A stretch of DNA of 64,000 nt from Centroscyllium fabricii (lineage: Eukaryota): assembly GCA_051313645.2 (NCBI GenBank), contig JBNRSN020000020.1:106516001-106580000 (forward strand), given 5' to 3'. Positions 48,101 through 57,206 of this stretch are shown here, piece after piece. Under the pieces are notes generated by a model. It saw only the letters and a program-made list of their open reading frames with translations. It was not told the DNA's origin and did not search any database. Each line of letters starts with the position of its first letter. Position 1 is the stretch's first letter. The translations under genes and the position numbers were made by a program.

Positions 48101-50033
48101 TAATCTCTCCTCTTCAGTCAGTAATCTCCCCTCTTCAGTCAGTAATCTCTCCTCTTCAGTCAGTAATCTCCCCTCTTCAGTCAGTAATCTCTCCTCTTCA
48201 GTCAGTAATCTCTCCTCTTCAGTCAGTAATCTCTCCTCTTCAGTCAGTAATCTCTCCTCTTCAGTCAGTAATCTCTCCTCTTCAGTCAGTAATCTCCCCT
48301 CTTCAGTCAGTAATCTCCCCTCTTCAGTCAGTAATCTCTCCTCTTCAGTCAGTAATCTCCCCTCTTCAGTCAGTAATCTCTCCTCTTCAGTTAGTTATCT
48401 CTCCTCTTCAGTTAGTAATCTCTCCTCTTTGGTTAGTAATCTCTCCTCTTCAGTCAGTAATCTCCCCTCTTCAGTCAGTAATCTCTCCTCTTCAGTCAGT
48501 AATCTCCCCTCTTCAGTCAGTAATCTCCCCTCTTCAGTCAGTAATCTCCCCTCTTCAGTCAGTAATCTCCCCTCTTCAGTCAGTAATCTCCCCTCTTCAG
48601 TCAGTAATCTCCCCTCTTCAGTCAGTAATCTCCCCTCTTCAGTCAGTAATCTCCCCTCTTCAGTCAGTAATCTCTCCTCTTCAGTTAGTAATCTCTCCTC
48701 TTCAGTCAGTAATCTCCCCTCTTCAGTCAGTAATCTCTCCTCTTCAGTCAGTAATCTCCCCTCTTCAGTCTGTAATCTCTCCTCTTCAGTCAGTAATCTC
48801 TCCTCTTCAGTCAGTAATCTCTCCTCTTCAGTCAGTAATCTCTCCTCTTCAGTCAGTAATCTCCCCTCTTCAGTCAGTAATCTCTCCTCTTCAGTCAGTA
48901 ATCTCTCCTCTTCAGTCAGTAATCTCTCCTCTTCAGTCAGTAATCTCTCCTCTTCAGTCAGTAATCTCTCCTCTTCAGTCAGTAATCTCTCCTCTTCAGT
49001 CAGTAATCTCCCCTCTTCAGTCTGTAATCTCACCTCTTCAGTCAGTGTGCTCTCCTCTTCAGTCAGTAATCTCTCCTCTTCAGTCAGTAATCTCTCCTCT
49101 TCAGTCAGTAATCTCTCCTCTTCAGTCAGTAATCTCCCCTCTTCAGTCAGTAATCTCCCCTCTTCAGTCAGTAATCTCCCCTCTTCAGTTAATAATCTCT
49201 CCTTCAGTTAATAATCTCTACTTCAGTTAGTAATCTCTCCTCTTCTCTTGGTAATCTCTCCTGTCTGTGGATAATCTCTCTTGGGAGAATAAGGTTGTTA
49301 CGATAGATATTCCTACAGGCTGACCTGTTTTAGAGATATGCCCCAACATCAAAACTGCCATTTCCCATTCTGTGCTTTCCCAGGAGTGGGTACTGACCCA
49401 TTCCGTTCCAGCTGGGAGCAGCGATACTCATGCAGCCAATGTGTCATGTACATATTTACCAAAGGGTAGTTAAAATCATTAATATGTCGAGGAAACATAA
49501 ACAGATATGAAATAAAGTGGAAAAAGAAACAAATAGTAATCTTATTGTGCACTGGTAAGACCCGAGAGATTATGCATAATTATTGTCTAAAGATCAGCAT
49601 TGAGCTGATGCCTATTTTTAGACAGAAACCATGGAAACGCTGTAGTTAAACAGCAGTGCCTGTTAGCTATCTTTTCATTATAGCAAAAAAAAATCTACTT
49701 ATGCATATTTTAGCAGTTTTGTTTGGATGTAAATATCAGGCAAATAGAATAAATATTAAATCGCAGAGTGTGTGAATATCTCGGCAGAAAATGAATGGTC
49801 TCTTGTCTCTACACACTGAACCCAGTTTTTATGTCGATCTTTTCATATTTTTGTCTCCCCCTCCTCTCCCATTGGTGTTGGCTGGAGCTGGAGTACCCTC
49901 CCACGGTGGGGGAAATGGGGGCATCTCTCTGGTACCTGTCCCAGGTTCCCGTTCTTCCTGCCCCAGCTCAGATACCAAAGGCCAACAGGTAGTTTGACTG
50001 TGAAATACATGACAGAAGAAAGAACTTGTCTTT

Positions 50034-51015
50034 GAACATAAGTATACACAAATAGGAGCGGGAGTCGGCCATTTTACCCTTCGAGCCTGCTCCGCCATAC
50101 GGCCCATCGAGCCTGCTCCGCCATACGGCCCCTCGAGCCTGCTCCGCCATACGGCCCCTCGAGCCTGCTCCGCCATACGGCCCCTCGAGCCTGCTCCCCC
50201 ATACGGCCCATCGAGCCTGCTCCGCCATACGGCCCCTCGAGCCTGCTCCGCCATACGGCCCCTCGAGCCTGCTCCGCCATACGGCCCCTCGAGCCTGCTC
50301 CCCCATACGGCCCCTCGAGCCTGCTCTGCCATACAGCCCCTCGAGCCTGCTCCGCCATACGGCCCCTCGAGCCTGCTCTGCCATACGGCCCATCGAGCCT
50401 GCTCCACCATACGGCCTCTCGAGCCTGCTCCACCATACGGCCCATCGAGCCTGCTCCGCCATACGGCCCCTCGAGCCTGCTCTGCCATACGGCCCATCGA
50501 GCCTGCTCCACCATACGGCCTCTCGAGCCTGCTCCACCATACGGCCCATCGAGCCTGCTCCGCCATACGGCCCCTCGAGCCTGCTCCGCCATTCGGCCCC
50601 TCGAGTCTGCTCCGCCATTCGGCCCCTCGAGTCTGCTCCACCATACGGCCCATCGAGCCTGCTCCGCCATACGGCCCCTCGAGCCTGCTCTGCCATGTGG
50701 CCCCTCGAGCCTGCTCCGCCATTCGGCCCCTCGAGTCTGCTCCGCCATATGGCCCCTCGAGCCTGCTCCACCATTCGGCCCCTCGAGTCTGCTCCGCCAT
50801 ACGGCCCCTCGAGCCTGCTCCACCATACGGCCCCTCGAGCCAGCTCCACCATACGGCCCCTCGAGCCGGCTCCACCATTCAATAAGATCATGGCTTATCA
50901 TCGACCTCAACTCCACTTTCCCGCCCGATCCCCATATCCCTTGATTCCCTTAATATCCAAAAATCTATCGATCTCTGTCTTGAATATAATCAACGACTGA
51001 GCCTCCTCAGCCCTC
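50034..51015 (-). mobile_element. CR1 3'-end fragment containing an expanded minisatellite
   Basis: Minus strand encodes IFKTEIDRFLDIKGIKGYGDRAGKWS*; 3' UTR matches the CR1 ends at 57067-57164 and 62509-62588. Confidence 0.9.
50078..50880. repeat. 26-bp minisatellite (CCCTCGAGCCTGCTCCGCCATACGGC), about 31 copies
   Basis: Direct tandem repeat; 26-aa periodicity in all three minus-strand frames. Confidence 0.97.
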
Positions 51016-51017
51016 GG

Positions 51018-51485
51018 TGTAGCGCCTTTCACCACCACTAGGACGTCCCAAAGCGCTTTACAGCCAATGAAGTACTTCTTTTGAAGTGTAGTCACTATTG
51101 TAACGTAGGAAACGCTGCGTCCGATTTGCACACAGCAAGCTCCCACAAACGGTGTTTACATAAATGACCAGTTAGTCTGTTTTAATGATGCAGAAGCTAC
51201 ATACCGTGGATGCTGGAAATCTGAAAGGTCAGCGAGCTGAAATGTTAACACTGCTTCTCTTTTCAGTGATGCCGCCTGACCTGCTCATTTGCAGCATTTT
51301 CTGTTTTAGCGAAGTTGGTTCAGGGATAAATATTGCCCAGTACACCAGGGAAAACTCCCCTGCTCTTCTTCAAATTAGTACCATGTGACCATTTATATCT
51401 ACCTGAGAGAGGGCAAACAGGGCCTCAGTTTAGAGTCTCCTCTAAAAGACGGCCCCTCCGACAGTGCAGCACTCCCTCAGCACCA
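51018..51485 (-). mobile_element. DeuSINE (SacSINE1-like) body and tail, split by an insertion
   Basis: Reverse-complement similarity to the plus-strand copy at 57207-57549 (CACAGCAAGCTCCCACAAAC; AGGGATAAATATTG; CTCTTCTTCAAA; CTCCGACAGTGCAGCACTCCCTCAG); L2-like tail GTCCCAAAGCGCTTTACA. Confidence 0.8.
51200..51308. mobile_element. Short degenerate remnant resembling a shark Penelope-like element terminus
   Basis: GATGCTGGAAATCTGAA...GAAATGTTAAC...GATGCCGCCTGACCTGCTC...CAGCATTTTCTGTTTT; recognised from memory of elasmobranch repeats, not by alignment. Confidence 0.5.
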
Positions 51486-52284
51486 CCCCTCCGACAGTGC
51501 GGCGCTCCCTCAGTACTGCCCCCTCCGACAGTGCAGCGCTCCCTCAGTAATGCCCCTCCGACAGTGCGCCGCTCACTCAGTACCACCCCTCTGACAGTGC
51601 AGCGCTCCCTCAGTACTGACCCTCCGACAGTGCGGCGCTCCCTCAATGCTGCCCCTCCGACAGTGCGGCGCTCATTCAGTACTGCCTTTCCGACAGTGCG
51701 GCGTTCCCTCAATGCTTCCCCTCCGACAGTGCGGCGCTCATTCAGTACTGCCCTTCCGACAGTGCGGCGTTCCCTCAATGCTGCCCCTCCGACAGTGCGG
51801 CGCTCATTCAGTACTGCCCTTCTGACAGTGCGGCGTTCCCTCAGCACTGACTCTCCGACAGTTCAGCGTTCCCTCAGTACTGCCCCTCTGACAGTGCAGC
51901 ACTCCCTCAGTACTGCCCCTCCGACATTGCCCCTCCGACAGTGCGGCGTTCCCTCAGTACTGACTTTCCGACAGTTCAGCGTTCCCTAAGTACTGCCCCT
52001 CCGACAGTGCGGCGCTCCCTCAGTACTGCCCCTCTGACATTGCCCCTCCAACAGTGCAGTGTTCCCTCAGTATTGACTCTCCGACAGTTTGGTGTTCCCT
52101 CAGTACTGCCCCTCCGACAGTGCGGCACTCTGACACTGTGGCGCTTCCTCAGCCTTGCCCCTCCGACAGTGCGGCATTCCCTCAGTACTGACTCTCCGAC
52201 AGTTCAGCATTCCCTCAGTACTGCCCCTCCGACAGTGCGGCGCTCCCTCAGTACTGCCCCTCCGACAGTGTAGCGCTCCCTCAG
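51452..52284. repeat. 33-bp minisatellite (GCCCCTCCGACAGTGCGGCGCTCCCTCAGTACT), about 25 copies; resumes at 56807-56835 and 57165-57190
   Basis: Tandem repeat with 11-aa period (PPTVRRSLSTA); first unit is contiguous with the DeuSINE. Confidence 0.95.
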
Positions 52285-52584
52285 TGTGACCAAAATAACG
52301 ACCTCGTGGACGAGTAGTTATAAGGGTGAAACAATACGGCTTTTATTCACTAAATGGTGGACATGCACCAGGTAGTCGACCGTCCCCAGGAATGGCTGGG
52401 GGATGGGAGACGGCCACTTATATACCTCCTCCTGGGAGGGAGGAGTCACGGGCAGAGCCAGCCTGGGCATGTCCAGGTAATCGTACAACAGGTTAAACAG
52501 GTTATATACAAACATAGATATAAGCATGATTACAGAGATACATCATAGGGTGAGTATATACAATGGAAACAGTGGTTTACCACA
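52285..52584 (-). repeat. 3' LTR (300 bp)
   Basis: About 4 substitutions and 1 indel versus 56506-56806 by eye. Confidence 0.95.
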
Positions 52585-52641
52585 TTCACCCCTTTTTTAA
52601 AACAAAAGTCCGGCGGGGTGAACGTGACAGTTCTTTTAAAT

Positions 52642-55576
52642 TTACAAATTAAGTCGCTCCGGCGGCCTGGTGATCCTGGTTGAGCGTCGCACCGCTGGTG
52701 GTGTCCGCGGTCGTGGAGTGACCGGCCGAGTTGGTTGTGTCGATGGTGCTGATGCTGGTTGGCGAGCGGTGATTGACAGCGTCGATTGGTTTCTGGGTGG
52801 TGGTGCCCTTGTAGTGACAGTAGGAGGTGCGCTCTCTCCCTCGTCGTCTGACTCTAGGGGGCGTGCGCTGTGGAGCCATGCTGGAGGCCATGCCGTGCTG
52901 CTCGCAGGTGCCGGGTCCTCGTGCCGGCGAGCGTACCTTGGCGCCGGTGGCTGGGGTGGCGTGGCTGGCCGCGGTGGCCCGGGCGGAGTGGCTGGCCGTC
53001 TTGGGTGCGCGGGCTGCTGGGCGGGGCGTCTTGGGTGCGCGGTCTGCTGGGTGGGGCTGGGTTTGGGGACTCCCGCTGGTGCCAGGTCCTTGATTGACAC
53101 GGTGTCCTCCCTCCCGTCGGGGTACGCCACGTAGGCGTACTGGGGATTGGCGTGCAGGAGGTGGACCCGTTCGACCAGGGGATCTGCCTTGTGGCCCCTC
53201 ACGTGCTTCCTGAGTAGGACTGGTCCCAGGGATAGCAGCCACGATGGTAGCGAGGTCCCGGAAGCCGACTTCCTGGGGAAGGCAAAAAGTCGTTCGTGAG
53301 GGGTGGCATTAGTGGCCGTACACAGGAGGGACTGGATGGAGTGGAGCGCTTCAGGGAGGATGTCCTGCCAGCGGGTGACTGGGAGGCCTTTAGACCATAG
53401 GGCTAACAGGATGGCCTTCCAGACAGTGGCGTTCTCCCTCTCTACCTGTCCGTTCCCCCGGGGGTTGTAGCTGGTAGTCCTGCTAGTCGCGATGCCTTTG
53501 GCTAGCAGAAACTGACGCAGCTCGTCACTCATAAAGGACGCCCCCTGGTCGCTATGGATATAGCTGGGATAGCCGAACAGGGAGAAGATGCTGTGGAGGG
53601 CTTTGATGACCGTGGCGGAGGTCATGTCCGGGCAGGGGATGGCAAAGGGGAAGCGGGAGTACTCGTCAATTACGTTGAGGAAGTACACATTCCTGTTGGA
53701 GGAGGAAAGGGGTCCTTTGAAATCGACGCTGAGTCGTTCAAAGGGGCAAGTGGCCTTAATCAAATGCGCCCGGTCTGGCCGATAGAAGTGCGGCTTGCAC
53801 TCCGCACAGACCTGGCAATTGCTGGTCAGGGTCTTGACCTCTTCGATGGAGTAGGGGAGGTTGTGGGACTTCACAAAGTGAACCAACCTGGTGGCCCCCG
53901 GGTGGCAGAGGTCATTGTGTAAGGTTTGGAGGCGGTCTGTCTGTGCGCTGGCACAGGTACCGCGAGATAGGGCATCTGGGGGTTCGTTAAATTTCCCGGG
54001 CCGGTACAAGATATCATAGTTGAACGCAGAGAGTTCAATTCTCCACCTTAATATCTCGTCGTTCTTTATTTGACCCCGCTCTTTGTTGTTGAACATAAAA
54101 GCGACTGATCGTTGGTCAGTCAGCAGGGTAAAACGCTTGCCGGCCAGGTAGTGCTTCCAGTGACGCACTGCTTCAACGATGGCTTGGGCCTCCTTCTCGA
54201 CTGAGGAGTGACGGGTCTCGGGGCCCTGGAGGGTACGCGAGAAGAAGGCCACGGGTCTGTCCACCTGGTTAAGCGTGGCGGCCAGGGCAAAGTCCGATGC
54301 ATCGCTCTCTACTTGGAATGGGACAGATTCGTCCACAGCGTGCATCATAGCCTTCGCGATGTTGTCTTTAATGCCGCAGAACGCCGTGCGGGCATCTGCT
54401 GACAGGGGGAATGAGGTAGATTTAAGCAGTGGGCGAGCTTTGTCCGCGTAATTGGGGACCCACTGAGCATAATAGGCAAAGAACCCCAAGCACCGTTTAA
54501 GGGCCTTGGGGGAGTGGGGGAGGGGAAGCTCCATGAGGGGGCGCATGCAGTCCGGGTCGGGACCGATGACCCCATTCTCCACAACACTGCCGAGGATGGC
54601 AAGGCGGGTGGTACTAAACACACATTTTTCAGTGTTGTACGTTAGATTGAGTGTTTTGGCGGTGTGGAGAAATTTCTGGAGGTTGGCGTCATGGTCCTGC
54701 TGATCGTGGCCGCAGATGGTCACGTTATCGAGGTACGGGAAAGTGGCTCGCAGCCCGTACTGATCGACCATTCGGTCCATCTCCCTTTGGAAGACCGAGA
54801 CCCCATTCGTGACGCCAAACTGGACCCTGAGGAAGTGGTAGAGGCGGCCGTCAGCCTCGAAGGCAGTATAGAGACGGTACTCTGGGCGAATGGGAAGCTG
54901 GTGATATGCGGACTTCAGATCTATGGTGGAGAACACCCGGAACCTCGATAACCCCCTCCTTCAGGAGGCGCTGCACCTCAGACTTGATAAAGTCCATGTC
55001 CCCAGCACTGTAGCGCCTACTCTTGGTGGCGACGGGCTTGCAGTCTGGTGTGAGGTTGGCAAAGAGCGAGGGAGGGGCGACCTTAAGGGTCGAGAGGCCA
55101 CAGGTAGCGCGCCGGGGGTGCTGCGCTCAGCGCCGGTTGCTGACCGTGAGCAAGGGAAGGGGCCCACCGTACGCCATGGTAACGCTTTGGAGATGGCACT
55201 GGAAGTCCAGACCCAATAGTAATGGAGCGCAGAGCTGCGGCAGCACAAAAAAGCTAAAATTATTAAAGTGCACGCCCTGCACCGTTAGAGCCACTGCGCA
55301 ACGCCCAGAGACGTCCGCAGATTCAGATTTAGAAGCCATTGAAATTCTTTGGCTCGCTGGCATAACCTTAAGGGAGAGGCGCTTTACTGTCTCAGGATGA
55401 ATAAAACTCACCGTGCTCCCACTGTCGAAAAGGCACACCACGTCCTGTCCGTTCACTCCCACAGGCATCATCGATTTCCCGAGCGATTGGGCCTTGTTCT
55501 GGTCCAGAGTCACCGATGCCAATATTGGGTCGGCCGATTCCTCTTGATCCGAAGAGTAGTCCTCCGGGGCTGGTCC
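52642..55576 (-). pseudogene. pol: pol (protease, RT, RNase H, integrase), disrupted
   Basis: LFDSGS protease; in-frame TGA at 55127-55129; frameshifting deletion near 54943 removes the RT N-terminal motifs (GVIE joined to FRVFSTIDLKSAYHQ); YLDN, ESDASD, TDQRS, HHCC, DFKGP, HSDQG, GNGQVER; Pro-rich tail ending RRSTRITRPPERLNL. Confidence 0.9.
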
Positions 55577-56482
55577 CTAAGATGGCTGCCGCCATGCGGT
55601 GTTCTGCGGAGGGGGTGGCTGGGTCCAATATGGCGACTGCTGCCACGCGGGGTGCTGAGTGGGGGATGGTTGAGTCCAATATGGCTGCTCCCATGTTCCA
55701 CACGCGGCACTGCCCGGTTTCGGTTTAGGGGCTGATGTGGTCGCCTTACAGACTTTGGCATAATGTCCCTTTTTCCCACATTTTGAGCAGGCCGCTTCTC
55801 TTGCCGGGCAGCTACGTCTCGGATGCTGAGACTGCCCGCAAAAGTAACATTTTGCCGTCTTCGCGTGAGCGGCTGCGATCATTTCTTCCGCCGGCCGTTG
55901 CGCCGGCGCTGTCCAAGATGGCGGGGCTGGGCCCGTATAATTGCCGGAATATGATGAAAGATTTAGTGAGGCCACGTCCAGCGCGTGTCCCAGATCCGTT
56001 GTTGCCTGCAGGTCAAGGCCATTCTGCTCTAACAGCCTCTGTCTGATATAGTCCGACCTGAGGCCTGTAACGTATGCATCTCTAATGAGACTGTCCACAT
56101 GGAGCTGGGCCGATAGCGCTCTGCATTCGCAGGCCCGTGAGAGCACTCTCAGCGCTCTTAAAAATTCCATGCTGGACTCACCGGGTTGCTGCTTCCTGGT
56201 AGCTAGGATGTGTCTGGCATGGACGATATTGGGTGCCCGGTTGTACTCTGCCTTGAGGATCCTGATAGCATCCAGAAATGATGATGCGTCCACGATCATG
56301 GAGTACACCTGAGGGCCCACCCGGGCGTTGAGGAGCCGCCGTTTGTCCTCTTCGGTCCTGACGACCGCTGCGTTCGCTCTCAGGTACGCATCGAAAACAT
56401 CATACCAGTGCGAGAATGTGTTTGATGCGCCTGGTGTCTGGGGGTCCAGTTCAAACGTTGCTGGCTTGAGCATCGCTTCCAT
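55577..56482 (-). CDS. gag: Gag with two zinc knuckles; ends at a TAG that is in frame with protease
   Basis: ATG at 56482; TRKQQPGES..EF...L capsid motif; CYFCGQSQHPRRSC and CSKCGKKGHYAKVC. Confidence 0.8.
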   Translation of the reverse strand: MEAMLKPATFELDPQTPGASNTFSHWYDVFDAYLRANAAVVRTEEDKRRLLNARVGPQVYSMIVDASSFLDAIRILKAEYNRAPNIVHARHILATRKQQPGESSMEFLRALRVLSRACECRALSAQLHVDSLIRDAYVTGLRSDYIRQRLLEQNGLDLQATTDLGHALDVASLNLSSYSGNYTGPAPPSWTAPAQRPAEEMIAAAHAKTAKCYFCGQSQHPRRSCPAREAACSKCGKKGHYAKVCKATTSAPKPKPGSAACGTWEQPYWTQPSPTQHPAWQQSPYWTQPPPPQNTAWRQPS

Positions 56483-56505
56483 CTTCAAAATTTAGTGAAT
56501 AAAAT

Positions 56506-56806
56506 TGTGACCGAAATAACGACCTCGTGGACGAGTAGTTATAAGGGTGAAACAATACGGCTTTTATTCACTAAATGGTGGACATGCACCAGGTAGTCGA
56601 CCGTCCCCAGGAATGGCTGGGGGATGGGAGACGGCCACTTATATACCTCCTCCTGGGAGTTGAGGAGTCGCGGGCAGAGCCAGCCTGGGCATGTCCAGGT
56701 AATCGTACAACAGGTTAAACAGGTTATATACAAACATAGATATAAGCACGATTACAGAGATACATCATAGGGTGAGTATATACAATGGAAACAGTGGTTT
56801 ACCACA
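56506..56806 (-). repeat. 5' LTR (301 bp)
   Basis: Minus-strand TATATAA at 56645-56639 and AATAAA at 56568-56563. Confidence 0.95.
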
Positions 56807-56835
56807 CTCAGTACTGCCCCTTTGACAGTGCGGTG

Positions 56836-57164
56836 TGGTGGTTGGGGGTCTAGAACGAGGGGTCACAGTCTCAGGATACAGGGTAGGACATTTAGGACTG
56901 AGATGAGGAGAAATTTCTTCACTCAGAGGGTGGTGAACCTGTGGAATTCTCTACCCCAGAACGCTGTGGAGGCCAAGTCATTGAATATATTTAAGAAGGA
57001 GATCGATAGATTTCTAGACACAAAAGGCATCAAGGGGTATGGGGAGAGAGCGGGAATATGGTATTGAGTTGGAGGATCAGCCATGATCATATTGAATGGC
57101 GGAGCAGGCTCGAAGGGCCGAATAGCCGACTCCTGCTCCTATTTTTCTATGTTTCTTTGTTTCT
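56836..57164 (+). mobile_element. 5'-truncated CR1 3' end with 26-bp TSD
   Basis: SRTRGHSL...RRNFFTQRVVNLWNSLP...GYGERAGIWY*; (TTCTATGT)n-like tail; AGTACTGCCCCTTTGACAGTGCGGTG at 56810-56835 and 57165-57190. Confidence 0.92.
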
Positions 57165-57206
57165 AGTACTGCCCCTTTGACAGTGCGGTGCTTCCACTGT
57201 ACTCAG

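Larger units (their letters stand above)
1..49280. repeat. 21-bp satellite array, consensus TCAGTCAGTAATCTC(T/C)CCTCT, about 2,000 units, open at the left window edge, interrupted at 10090-10853 and 18481-24106
   Basis: Continuous head-to-tail 21-mer with occasional 17/18/20-bp units; 7-aa periodic translations (SSVSNLS, LQSVISP, RLLTEEE); decays at 49180-49280. Confidence 0.99.
52285..56806 (-). mobile_element. Defective Ty3/Gypsy LTR retrotransposon (no chromodomain) inserted in the 33-bp minisatellite
   Basis: LTRs 52285-52584 and 56506-56806 (TGT...ACA); 5-bp TSD CTCAG (52280-52284 and 56807-56811); PPT AAAAAAGGGGTGAA (minus, 52585-52598). Confidence 0.96.

Noticed and set aside
473-49230. 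Dozens of long ORFs (SSVSNLS, LQSVISP, coiled-coil-like RLLTEEE) as a mucin- or trichohyalin-like gene
   Set aside because: A 21-bp unit leaves three of six frames open automatically. Frames break at 17- and 20-bp units and sporadic stops, there is no unique N- or C-terminus, and TEs interrupt the array.
49829-50916. Three 280-349 aa minus-strand ORFs
   Set aside because: Products of a stop-free 26-bp minisatellite derived from a CR1 UTR.
1-52284. CRISPR-like arrays
   Set aside because: Repeats are head-to-tail with no unique spacers and no cas genes; the context is eukaryotic.
55577-55579. Programmed UAG read-through between gag and protease (gammaretrovirus-like)
   Set aside because: The TAG aligns with TGG in the two preceding peptide repeats (QPYW, SPYW, QPS*), and the copy has other lesions, so a Trp-to-stop mutation is simpler. 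Revisit if intact copies share the TAG.
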